This document shows, piece by piece, positions 52,281 to 64,000 of a DNA stretch of 64,000 nucleotides; position 1 is the stretch's first letter; every line of letters starts with the position of its first letter. This DNA comes from Lama glama. Lineage: Eukaryota. The notes beneath the pieces are model-generated. The model was not told the origin of the DNA, made no database searches, and saw nothing but the letters and a program-made list of their open reading frames with translations. Location of the stretch: NCBI GenBank assembly GCA_028534125.1, contig CM052818.1, positions 17,362,001 to 17,426,000 of the forward strand. Direction: 5' to 3'. The translations under genes were made by a program, and so were the position numbers.

Positions 52281-52622
52281 TTTTCTTTCTATATATTTTA
52301 TTGTTTTTTTGTATATATATTTTTATTGAAGTATAGGCAGTTTACAATATTGTGTCAGTTTCTGGTATACAGCACAATGCTTCAGTCATACATGAATATG
52401 CATATATTCATTTTCATATTCTTTTTCACCATAAGCTACTACAAGATATCGAATATAGTTCCCTGTACTATACAGCATGAACTTGTTGTTTATTTGTCAT
52501 ATATATATCAGTTAGTATCTGCAAATCTCTAACTCCCAATTTATCCCCTCCCACTCACCTCCTACCCTTGTAACCACAAGTTTGTCCTCTGTGTCTGAGA
52601 GTCTGTTTTCTGTTTTGCAAAT
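52281..52622 (-). mobile_element. 5'-truncated lineage-specific L1 3' end with 20-bp TSD
   Basis: Homologous to the 40458-40959 copy; TSD cttctttgacaagaatttta (52261-52280) vs cttctttgccgagaatttta (52623-52642), 18/20 identical. Confidence 0.92.
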
Positions 52623-53907
52623 CTTCTTTGCCGAGAATTTTAAAAGAAAGACTAAAATAACATCTTTTTCACTGTGTGTTGTAAAATTCTTCCTCAAGCT
52701 TCTAAGGTATAAGGCATACCTCTAAGGTATATTATCTTTGGAGGAAAATGTGAGAAATGATGGTCACATTTCTGTTGGCTTACGTGCTATCCAGATAGCT
52801 TGAAACAGTCTCTATTTTGAGGAGGGGTGATGTCAAGGTGAATTAGTACAAATTCCTCCCTTCATTCTTTGTCCTTGGAAGTCAGTTCAGTTTATCATTT
52901 TCTAATTTACTGGATGCCACCTTTGAACATCTGTACATCTCTCTGAATTTGCTTTCTAGATTTCTAGAATTATTTCCTCCTCTGAAATTCTATTGCTGTG
53001 AAATTTAACAGAACCAAAATAAGTATTACTGCCCACACCTCCTTATTCCATATACTTACCACTTAGATGCTTAAACGGCTGCCTCACCTTTTCAGTTATC
53101 TTCCTGTCTCTGTTCCAAATACTTACCTATCCATTTTATATGCTCAGATTAATTTGCTAAAGTGCTTTTTGGGTTATTCCTCTGTTATTCTTTTTTAAAA
53201 AAAACACATCTGTGCTTCCCTGTGTGCCATACAGGTAAAGGCACATTCTGTGACTAACATTTAATATCCTCAACCTTCTGGTCTTAATTTCTCTTTCCAA
53301 GTCCATATTTCCACACTTCTATACTTATCTTTCCACTCCAGTGAAATGTATTAATCCATTCTTTTAAAAAAGGAACTCCTGTTGTCATTTTTCTATTTCT
53401 GAGTCTGCCCAGAAAGTTTCTTGTCATCCTCTCTCACTGTCTAGATTCTGCTTAGTCAGCAACTTCTCTGTTTAAATATTGGGTGCTTTCAAGGTTGGCC
53501 CTGAAATCTTGTAGTCCCCTTAGCTAGCAGAAAGAAACAGAGAACTCAGGAACTTCTTTGGAAGAGCTGCTGAAACAATGGCCAGGGTGTTACCCAGGCA
53601 GAGAAAATCTTGGACATAGATTCTCCTCCCATCTGTGATCACTACTCTTCTTGATGTATTGTTTCATGTTGGACCCTAAGCTGTTTTACAGAATGGCTTC
53701 AATTCCATTCTGTTAGCCAGTGATGAGTTGCCTTAGAAAACTCCTTTCTTATGACAAACCTCCAAAATAAAATACCTCTTGTTGAATTTTTTCTGACTAC
53801 TGGCTACACCTCCATTTCTTTTGCAACTACTATTTTTCAAAGCCTCCATTCAAGAAACATTCCTTTGGCCCATTCAGTACAGCACTATTGATCATCTATA
53901 AGGCAGT

Positions 53908-54020
53908 TCATTAGCTACTTATTTCTGTATAACAGATTTCTCCACAACTTAGCAACTTAAAACAGCAAACACTTATAATTGTATACAGGCTCAGAATCTA
54001 GGAGCAGCTGAGCTAGGGTA
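53908..54020. mobile_element. MLT1-type LTR end fragment
   Basis: ctgtataacagatttctccacaacttagcaacttaaaacagcaaacactta...aatctaggagcagctgagctaggg. Confidence 0.6.
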
Positions 54021-55039
54021 TTAAGCGATTTCCAGGAGAAGATGTGGTTAAGATCTCCCATGCTCAGAACGTAATTTGATGTCTGATAGGTTCACTTGTA
54101 TGATCAGAATAGAGTCTGTATGTCTTAGGAAAAGAGGATGAACAACAATGAAAGCATATGCTGGCTTTAAGATGAAGGATGTTGGCTTTGCAGGAGTCTA
54201 AACACAATACAGATTGGTGGGAAAAGAGTGATGAAGACATTGCTTAAGGGTTAAGGACTAGTTTGGAGAATGCATACTGAATATACTGAATAAGGAGTCA
54301 GGAAAACTCCATTTCTTGCACACACACCAAAAAAACCATTGAAAGCCATAAACAGAATGCATGAGAGGAGTAGTTAAAAAAATATGGACAGGATAGTGAA
54401 CATGTCAGCCAAAGACCAGGAAACAGAACCGGAAGTGATGCTATGGCATTGGAGTCCTATTAAAGCTGATGTTGGGCCACTTCAGACACAAGCCGTTCAT
54501 TTCAACAGAGGAAGGAAGTGACCTAGATGAATATACTCAGGGACATTCAGGTTAATAGGAGGCATAAATAATCTGCATTTTAAATCAGAAGCCAAGAAGT
54601 AGAGTTAATTTTCACTAGGCCTGAGAAAATTCTTTGGATGAAAACTTAAGCATTTCTAGAGCTGGGAAATACAAGCGCGTTATCTCTAGGCGCTGACGTT
54701 AGGAGGCAGTACGCTAGACCTGGAGACTCTTGGGTCACGAGACAGAGGGGGCCTCTGCCCTACTGGAGAGCAACCAGATAAGCTGTTTAACCTCTCTGCT
54801 GACAAAGAACGTATTCCTCAGACTTCTGAGGAGACACCTTCAGGGTGGGCCTCTCCTGTGGAAAAAAAAACCCTTCTTCCTGAACCTTCCCCTTGCAGCC
54901 TTCCTGCCCACCAGAGACTGGAAACACAAGACTGACAGACTAAAATGGCTCTTTGGTGGAAAACCAAAATTTAATTGATTATTAAGGCTTTTCGTTCTAT
55001 AAAAAGAAAGTTAACCTGAATATTCCTAAAATTCTGCTC

Positions 55040-55311
55040 TACACTTTAGCCAGCAAATGCAGACTGCTTAGTCCTGGATACATATCTCCAGTCCTGAGTT
55101 CCCCTCTGATCACCAACCAGCATTTCTACCTGGGTGTCTCAGCACCTCCACCTGGGTATCTCACAGGCAGGAGCCTCATTAAACACTGAACTCATCATCT
55201 CCCAACTGCGTATCCATCAACACGATTACAGGTTAAAACCTTGACATCTTCCCTGTGCTGACTTTTATGACCTGATCTATCTCTCACTGAATTCCAAGAA
55301 GATCTTTGAAT
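55040..55311 (+). mobile_element. LINE-2 fragment, apparently continuing at ~56112-56280
   Basis: atatctccagtcctgag...cctccacctgggtatctcacaggca...actgaactcatcatctccc; downstream part ctgcactgccaccagaatga. Confidence 0.6.
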
Positions 55312-55761
55312 CAGTACTGTCCAATAGAAATGTAGTCTGAGCCATGTATGTTCCTTTAAATTCTCTAGTAGTCAAAAAAGAAAAAAAAAATTTCAGATGA
55401 AATTAGCTTTTAATGTATTTCAATTAACTCTATATATCCAAAGTATTGTATTTTAACATATCATCAATACATATCTTACTATGTTTTACATTTTTCCCTT
55501 ACTAAATTTTTTATATCTGACATGAATTTTACACTTACACATGCTTTTCAATTCAAGAATCTAAATTTGCATCAGAAATCCTGTATATTTCATGAAATTT
55601 CCAGTTGTAAATGTAGATTCACATATCTGATTTATTGTAAACATACTTAAAACTGAATCAACTCTCAGTTTTAAATTCATATCTAGCTTCATTACAATTA
55701 AATGCATTTTAAAATTCAGTTTCTCAGTTCCATTAGCCACATCTCAAGTCCTTAACACAGC
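55312..55761. mobile_element. MER33/Charlie5-like hAT DNA transposon
   Basis: Starts cagtactgtccaatagaaat; internal ttttacacttaca; ends aaaattcagtttctcagttccattagccacatctcaagt. Confidence 0.75.
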
Positions 55762-55780
55762 TTTAGAATTGATCTGCTTT

Positions 55781-56098
55781 TTTTTAAACTAAAATGTGCA
55801 TTTTTTAAACATTTTTTATTGAGTTATAGTCATTTTACAATGTTGTGTCAAATTCCAGTGTACAGCACAATTTTTCAGTTATACACGAACATACATATAT
55901 TCATTGTCGCATTCTTTTTCGCTGTGAGCGAAAAAGATCTTGTATATATTTCCCTGTGCTATACAGTATAATCTTGTTTATTCGTTCTACATATGCCTGT
56001 CAGTATCAACAAATTTTGAAATCCCAGTCTGTCCCTTCCCACCCCCCGCTCCCTTGGCAACCACAAGTTTGTATTCTATGTCTATGAGTCTGCTTCTG
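55781..56098 (-). mobile_element. 5'-truncated lineage-specific L1 3' end
   Basis: ttttattgagttatagtcattttacaatgttgtgtcaaattccagtgtacagcac...ggcaaccacaagtttgtattctatgtc; possible TSD attgatctgcttt / attgacttgcgtt. Confidence 0.9.
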
Positions 56099-57439
56099 AT
56101 TGACTTGCGTTATTACTGCCTTAAGTGAGTGGCCTCTTCTTAAACTGGTGGAATAACCTACTCACTAATCTCTGCTCACAAGTTTCTTCCCCTTTCTAAT
56201 CCGTGTCTGCACTGCCACCAGAATGACTGTTGTAAAATAAAAACTTGGTTATTTCAACCTCTGGTTTTAAATGCTTTATTGCAGTGGGTCTCTCAGCCTC
56301 TTTTAGTTCAAGACATACCTGCCTGATAATATTCAGCCATCTCTAGCAGTAATTGTACTCGCTTAGAGGCAAAAAAAAAAGCTCCTGAGTGAACAGAAGC
56401 AGGGAGAGTGAGGCACAGAGCCTGACACTCAACCCATAATTCCTCGCGTTCTCCCTGCTCTGCATGAGCTGTGTCTCAGCTCCTCACCTGCTAGCAAGGC
56501 TGCTCAGGGCTGGGTGTGGACTCCCTGTTCAGGCTGTCAATTTAAAGTCCCTCTGTAATGTTCGTTAAGTAGGTGTTTCCAATGTTTGCTTAGGGTATGG
56601 GGAGAAACCAAGTTTTTGTTTTTCAAAATTATATAGACAGACACTTAGTAGTTTACTTCTCCTGGACAAAAAAAAAAAAGTCAGTTTTCCAGAAAAGAAA
56701 CAGCCAAAAAAAAACCTTTACTTTTTTTTTGTAGTCCTTGTACTCTCTTCTGTTTTTGAAGGTAATTTTGTGAACCTGGCAAATTTTAGATTCACATTAA
56801 AGTGTTTAAGTTCTGATGGCAAATCCTTCATTCGTGGTGAGCACTGTGATGTTGAGCAGAAGTCAGTGTCAAGAGGATGGAACCTCCGTCTAGTCTCTGC
56901 ATCTTTGTGTTCCCAGAGTCCAGGTGGAGCCTGGAATTTAGCAAATGAGCAAAAAGTGTTTGTTGAAATATTCTTTTGCTTCTAGAAATTCTACCAATTT
57001 AAACTGCGTGTGTACATTCTGAAAATGTTCAAGGGGAATCTAAATAGGTCAGTGCTGCTCTGGTCAAGGGCATGGTCTCCTTCAGGGGACATTGGTTGAT
57101 GTTTAACTTGAGAAGAGTTAATTAGAGACGCAGATCTCAGTTAACTACTAGCATGTCTCAAATTCATTATGTTGCTTCTTCATCGATTGTTCTTTTGAGG
57201 CAAGATTCTGGTGAACCAAACCTTCACCTGTTCTGTTGAAGAACCACTGACCTGTGTACTGCAAACAGTTCAAAAGCCAAACTCCTTAGCTGGATCCTCA
57301 TTGAAGGCAAAATCTGGGCTTATTTTCCAGATTTGTAAATTTGAGGCATATATAATTTTAAGGCAGAGAAACACGATTTTCAAAATAAAAATTGTATCAA
57401 CCCTGAAAAGACAGTCAGCAAAGAGAGACCTCCCAAGTG

Positions 57440-57825
57440 CCCGTTTCTCTCTTTGAAATGTTCCTCCTTCTTCTCACTCTTGCTTGCCCACCTCTCCTTC
57501 CTAGTCTAGTGACTTTTATTCATCTTCAAGGTCTGGATCATATATTTCATATATTTGTGAAGCCTTCCTTGGTCCCCTTAGAGAAAAACTGATCATGTCC
57601 TTTTGGTAATGTCATAGCACTTTGTTCTTAATTCTATTCCATCAATTACCATAGACAGTTACTTCCTTCTGTGTCCTCTCAGTCCATTCAATTGTGAACT
57701 CATCAAGGTCAGTGACCATGTACTACATATCTTTATATCTGTATTTTCAGACACTAAAACATAATGTATTTAATGCTACATATTAATAATGTTTACTGAT
57801 GAAAGAATGTATGTGTGAATGAAGA
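57440..57825 (+). mobile_element. LINE-2 3' end
   Basis: ttattcatcttcaaggtct...tgtgaagccttcct...tgtgaactcatcaaggtcagtgaccatgt, ending in a TGAA-type tail. Confidence 0.7.
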
Positions 57826-58440
57826 GCCTTCTTTTTGGCTCATGGCCTCCCTTCCCTTCTTGCTGGTAAATTTCCACTGTGGTGCAAGAACTCACATGAG
57901 GCACGCTCTCCTTGGAGCCCAGGATGAGGTAGACTCCCAAAGGGTGATGGTGAAAACATGTGACACTCTCCTGGGCTCCCCTACGGAGGCCGAGTGCTGG
58001 GACCTATCATGAAATGGACTCATTATCCACATGGTATTTTCTCAGGGAAGGAAGACTTCGCTCATGTTAGACCATTGGCCAGCGCCACTCCCAGGTTCAG
58101 ATATTCCAAATAGGTAGTCAGTTCTCTGAGATTTAATATGCTTCTTCTCTGCTGTCTGTACTGTTTTGAGTATTTATATAAAAAATCAGTGATATATTTC
58201 CCTGCATTCTGACTTGAGAAGAGTTTAATCCAATTGAAGAAAGAAAGAAAGAAAAAAATCTCTGGTAATCAATCCTAATTGATTAGGGTTGTAGAAGGTA
58301 ATTAACCCCTACTACCCTGGCAATTTGACTGTCCTCTTTTTTTTTTTTTTTTAATCCTACTGGGCCAATCTCTGACACTTGCTTAAATGATGGAGGTGAA
58401 ATTGATTTTCCATTTATGAAAATGTTTTTTAAAAAATACT

Positions 58441-58568
58441 CATTTTATTTTTTGAGGAGGGGAGGTAGTTAGGTTTCCTTATTTATATTTAGAGGAGATA
58501 CTGGGGATTGATCCCAGGACCTTGTGTATCCTAAGCATGTGTTCACCACTGAGCTATACCCTGTCCCC
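58441..58568 (-). mobile_element. tRNA-Ala-derived camelid SINE (vic-1 type) with perfect 12-bp TSD
   Basis: ctggggattgatcccaggaccttgtgtatcctaagcatgt...ccactgagctataccc; ttaaaaaatact at both 58429-58440 and 58569-58580. Confidence 0.93.
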
Positions 58569-58704
58569 TTAAAAAATACTTTAAATTAATATATATTAAA
58601 TGTTTGAAATTCTAACAGCAGATTATATTAAGTAGGGTTAAACTCCTCCTCTAAAAACAGGCTTACTCTATTCATTGGCTTAGTAAGAATAACTAAACAA
58701 TTCT

Positions 58705-58925
58705 ATTTAGCATGTATTGAGTGCTTACTATGGACCAAACACTAAACACTTTGCATAAAAATCATATTTCATCTAATATTCCCAATAACCTATTGAGGTA
58801 TGAATCATCATCTTAATTTTACAGATGAGCAAACTGCATTTTTGAATAATTGACCTAAATCACTTAGCTAATGAGTAACTGCCTGATTTGGAACCAGTTC
58901 TATCTAACTTCAGAGCTCCATTTAT
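58705..58925 (-). mobile_element. MIR SINE
   Basis: tattgagtgcttactatg...attttacagatgagcaaactg...gatttggaaccagttctatctaacttcagagc. Confidence 0.8.
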
Positions 58926-60129
58926 CTTTTGTGCAAAGAAAAATGTCAGGCTAGCCAAGCTGCTTCTTCAAATGAGCACACAGTCCAGATTACCAGTCCT
59001 AAGTCTGCGAGTCTTTACTGTGCATTGCGCTAATGAGACTCCTTCCTCATGGGCACAAGCCAGAACTTCTGTGTCCCTCAACAACAGAGGCACTTAATAA
59101 CAATAGCGTGCCATGTCACAGCGCGTTATGTTTGTATTAAAATTCCTTTAATGGGTAGAGTTATGGGTATCACTGTTAGTTTTTGAGTTGCGCCTCAGGG
59201 TGGGACTAGACTAAGACTGTCAGGAGAGTATCAGCCTTACGTGTGGATGGACATAAAAATAGCCTGCAGTGCTCTGGAAACTGGCTGGCGCGAAAGATTT
59301 CAGCCTTTCCACAGGTTCTGAAGCTAGTGCGTGAAAGCCTAGACAGCTTGACCTACTTTTTTTTTTTTTTTTTAAACCAAAGGCAGAGTAGAGTCTCTGT
59401 GTATCTCAACATGTAAATGATGGGGAAGAAAGGGAATTTGTCTATTGCTTGTATCTCTTGCTGATTGGACATCTTCCCTACAGAAGTGTTCAAAGGAAAA
59501 GTATGTCATCCTGTTCATTATGGTTAATGAGCAGTAAAAGCAAGGCGTTGGGGGCTCCGATCCCACAGGGCATCAGCAGAGAAATGGGGTTATAATTTTA
59601 GCAGTTACATGTGAAGTAAGGTCAGACAGCCTCCCGTGTAGGTTTCAGAGCTGAGTTCATTTGATCTTTAAGAGACAGGCATCACAGAGAAATTTCACAT
59701 GCAGAAAGAACTCTAGCTCCTCCACCAATGCCTAGTTCATGAACAGTGGTGTTAATTGGTTATTTATACTTGGCTATTGTGAAGGGTGCTGGATAAATGA
59801 AGTGGCTGAAGCTGCATTTTGGTATTTAAAGTTGCAACATAGGTGTTGTTCATTGTTATGCGAGAAACATACTGCAACCATCAGCTTCATAATTAACTAG
59901 CTTTCCAGTGAACTTTCTTTTCAGTACAGTATTTCTATTATTTAACTGCTGTTTTTTTAATGTAGTTTTTTTTTTGGATTATTCTAAATGTCTAGACATA
60001 AACTGGATTTGATAGATTGGTGACGCATAGAATTGGGTCTGCAAGGCCATAATATTTTATGACAGGCTCTTCAGAGGAAGTTGAATTTTATCTACTGTCC
60101 TACCTATTTACTTTCCAGAAAAAGACCAT

Positions 60130-60712
60130 ATTTTTAATAAATTTTATTTTCTTAGATCATAAAAGTACTTATTGAAAAATTTAAATACAATAATGAGAAT
60201 AGAAAGTTAAAAACTGATATTACCAACACTTTTTCTGCAGCATCTAAAATTCTAATCATTCATTTTATGTGCATAAATATACGTATCTTTTCTTTTTTGG
60301 GTATGTGTAAATAGTTGTATATACTGACACACTTGAACATTCTTTAAAAAGACAAAATGTTTTCATATGATACATACTATTCTGCGACTTGCTTGTCTTA
60401 TTTAACATATTTTGGACATCTTTCAACTTTAGAGCACATACTCACATTTACTTTATAAGATCCTATTGCACATATATACTGTAATTTGGCACACCATTCC
60501 CTAATGGTGGATATTTTATTTAATTGTTTCAGAATTTTTAGTATTACAAACTAATAAAATTTTTAATCTTTTAAAAATAATATTTTATATATATGAACAC
60601 ATTTTTTCAGGAAGATAAATTCCTATAGGCAGAACCACTGCGTTTATTGCAAAGTTGTCCTTCAAGGAAATTGTACTGTTGAACCCTTCCACCAACCAGT
60701 ATGTAAAGATAT
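60130..60712 (-). mobile_element. Ancient L1 (L1ME-type) fragment
   Basis: atacactattctgcgacttgctt...tttaacatatttttggacatc...gataaattccta...ccttccaccaaccagtatgta. Confidence 0.6.
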
Positions 60713-63700
60713 CACAGTCTGGGGTGCTTTAATATAAAGACAAACTGGCCTTATTATTTCTTAAGACATTGTGCTCCATAGAATGATTTTCCTCTCTGGC
60801 CTATTTGATTTGAATGTGTTTATATTTTAATAATTACACTGGTTTGGAGGTGATCCCAAACCGGGGTTAGCTTCGGTCACCATTTTTCTCATATTCTTGC
60901 AGCATTCACAGAATAGCAGTCTGCTGAGGAAGGTAGGTGACAAGTTCGGGCATGCTGTGGCTCTTTTTAGGAAAGGAGCAGCTACAGAGTTTTCTGGGAT
61001 GAGCCAGGCAGGCGAAAGGTTTAAGTCCCAGTGGGAGGCAGTACTTGTTTTGGAGTCTGCCTTGTATTTTTCACCTTCTACACACTTTATAATTCTTAAT
61101 TTTGCCCCTAGTCACTTCTTATTTTGATCATGCAGTCCCCAGGAATTGTGCAACAGCAGTGGAACGTGACAGGCTTTTAAATGTATTAATATTGTCAGCA
61201 TTATTGTGGTTAATCTTAATATAGCAAACAGAGTAACAACAGATGTGTTCTGCTATTAAGCATTTAGGAAGGCATAGATGTCTCAGCTCTTGATAGCCCA
61301 TTTAAGCAACAAAGTTCTCCAGCTCAGAGTGCAGATTCCATCAAGGGACTAGCTCATATGTTGTGTGGCATTTGATGATGGCTAAGATTAAATTGAAAGG
61401 AAGTAAGATGTTCAGAAGGGGGGAAAAATGATGTAGCTATTGAAGTTTTTCAAATTCTACATGTGATTTTTTTTTCCACTATAGTCTTATTGCATCCATT
61501 GTGAGTAAATCATAGCTGATAGAACCACATTTAAAATTTCAGAACATTTCTGTTAGCTTGCCAGTTTTTTTTTTATTAGTAACACATGAATATAATTTAG
61601 ACGTGTGAAATAGAACAAAAATGATAGTTTTTCTCTGAACTTTTGAAGTTCTTTCCAAGGTGCTACCACCTTGAGTTTTACTAATGAAAGGTAAAATTAA
61701 AATATGTAATTGTGGAGTTTAATAGGCACTAAGAATATTTGATAATGCCACGGCTGTCTATATATCATATTCGCTAACATATTTAATAGCAGAGCAGATG
61801 CATCTTACTACGGTAACACATGGTACTGAGCAGCAGGGCGTCCCATTTGACAAGTCAGTTTTTATTTTATTTCTTTATCCCAGAACCTTGTCTAATAATC
61901 TCAGATTTCAGTGTTTTGAATTGTTAGGCAGCAAGCAGATAAGAGGGCTTCTATTCTCTGCTGCTTGTTTCTAACAGGTTGTTTGGCTTCAAGATACAAA
62001 GCCCATTAGACTCTAAAATAAAATAACTGGGTAAGACTGGGGAGAACTCTCAACATACCTAATTACATAATAAAATACATATATCCAATACAAAATGGGC
62101 AGAGTGCCATCTTCAAGGAAGCTCTGTGCGTCATGTGGTAATTTCAAATTAGTAAGAAAATTCTAGCAACCAGCCTCTCAGTAAGTATTAGTTCCATAGC
62201 ATGTTACTTACGTGTGAGGGTTTGTGTGCATGCCTTCTGGTTGTCTCACTTAACTAGCAATAACGTTTGTCAGAAACACCGAAGAGAAATTGGGGTTGTT
62301 TGGTGTTGCAAGATTTGCTCCCTGAGGATCAATTCTTTGGAGCTTTCCATGAGCTATTTTATAATCCTTTAATTGCTGTGTCTGGGAAAAAAAAAAACAC
62401 ACACACACCTGATATACATTCTAAAGCTAAAATAAGATGACTGTCTAGATAATGTATTTTGAGATTCTCAGAAAGATATGAAATTGATGATGGTCCATTG
62501 GAAATGATTTTTACCAAACATCCTGTACAGCTATATTGAGAACTGAAAAAATGTTGATATATTTTATTGAACTTCAAGGATTTCTGTTGTGCTTTGTGTG
62601 GTGAGGGAATTATACTAACCTGGCATCTAAAATGTGAGAAACCTTGGTTCAAGTCGTATGGAATGTTCTAGTGCAATTATCAATTATCTGGACAAGACGA
62701 AACAACTGTAGTTTGAGGTGTGCTGCATCTTTGTGATCATCTCCTTTAACAAGGTTTGAATGATTGTTTACACAGTCACAGTGGTCGTCTTCTCTTGGCT
62801 TCTTGGTTGTTATGTACAGTCTGTCTTTGCCTTGACAGGTCACACTAAGTCAGTGAATCAGGGAAGTCCTTTAGGCTTACACAACTGGGAGTATTAATTT
62901 CTTTCCATTGCAGGAGTGAAGTGTTTCCCCACTTCAGCTTTCACTCTGTTGTAACGGTGAACCTCAGGGAGCCATGGCTGGAGAGTGGGGAAAGCTGATT
63001 ATGCTTTCTGTTACTGTGACTCATAATTCACTATAGACCTGTCTGTAAGCAAATACTCTTTAATAGGTGGTCTCTTCACTATCTATCTTCTGGCCAGTAG
63101 GACTGAGAGATATATCTTTTAAGTAAGGTAATAGCATAAGAGATTTGCAAATTTTTTGTATAACCTCATTTTTCCATTTTCCATACCCTAAGGTTACAGG
63201 CATCTCAATCGTCATTTATTTTACACTTATTTTGTTGTTGAGAATAAGGAGTTCGTGTGTACCTAAACTCACAGGGCTTTTTCATCAAGTAGGCTTGATG
63301 ACAAATTATTTTTGGTTAAATGCCCATTTTCTGACTATCTAAGTTCTTATTTCCAAGTCCTGAGAAATAGTCTGGTGTACTCATCAGAATGTTATTCTCC
63401 CCCCAGATTGTTACATAGGAACGTGATATTTGAAATAGTGAAAACTATGTGGATAACATACAGATATAGTGTAGTCACAAAACAAATTTTCCTCTTCAGG
63501 GTAGTCTAGAGTTATTTAGATGGCTGGTGAGGTAGATGTAGCTATTTGTCTTCTGCTATGCCTGAATGAGAGATGGATCTAAGCCTGTTTGAATATAATG
63601 AAAGCAGGTCACCCTAATGTAAAATCCAAATGAATCTTTGAAACGTAACTATTCACTCAAGAGAAATAAAACCTGTAGCCACTGGAGTTTAGTGTATTTG

Positions 63701-63874
63701 GAACATCACAATGAAGCTGATACCTAGATTCATTGGCAAAGGAGAAGAAAAAAGTGGAAGGCTGTCGGTATGTCCTTTAAAACTATTTTAAAAACATGAA
63801 AGAAAATTGAATATTTTTGGAAAGGGTACCCTTGCCTACTTTGTTTTGCATATAGGCAACAGGAATCTCTAGGC

Positions 63875-64000
63875 TTTTTTTAAATTGAGTTATAGTCAGT
63901 TTACAATGTTGTGTTAGTTTCTGGTGTACAGCACAATTTTCCAGTCATACATAAGTATGCATATATTCATTTTCATATTCTTTTTCACTGTGAACTACTA
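63875..64000 (-). mobile_element. Lineage-specific L1 3' end, cut by the window edge
   Basis: T-run then aattgagttatagtcagtttacaatgttgtgttagtttctggtgtacagcac, homologous to the other three copies. Confidence 0.9.

Larger units (their letters stand above)
47102..64000 (+). other. NRXN1: 5' part of the following phase-0 NRXN1 intron
   Basis: Begins GTAAGT; the next expected coding segment (HQGKIGVKFNVG...) was not found in the remaining 17 kb. Confidence 0.8.

Noticed and set aside
1291..53240. Recursive-splicing-like AG|GT motifs (e.g. near 1305, 22721, 32007, 53234)
   Set aside because: Pyrimidine tracts or donors are mediocre and such motifs are expected by chance; a saw-tooth total-RNA profile would be needed.
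439..63509. All ORFs in the supplied six-frame track (60-143 aa)
   Set aside because: Short, often with TTG/GTG starts, low-complexity or overlapping repeats, with no recognisable domain; expected noise in a mammalian intron.

Overview
AT-rich, CpG-poor mammalian genomic DNA, not prokaryotic. It is most likely camelid, judging by four tRNA-Ala-derived vic-1-type SINEs. The window lies inside neurexin-1 (NRXN1, + strand). It holds exactly one confident coding exon, 46920-47101 (182 nt), encoding the start of the LNS6 domain, the first exon shared by alpha- and beta-neurexin-1. The ORF track misses it because it has no start codon. The rest is intron containing young SINEs, 5'-truncated L1 3' ends with target-site duplications (TSDs), older MIR/L2/L1M/hAT/LTR relics, microsatellites and local duplications. 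None of the listed ORFs looks like a real gene. The most interesting unexplained signal is a candidate frame-preserving microexon or cryptic exon at about 24927-24963: a 182-nt AG-free zone, UGC motifs, tandem donors and downstream UG repeats. It is a hypothesis only. Repeat family names come from recalled consensus sequences, not a database search, and old-repeat boundaries are approximate.
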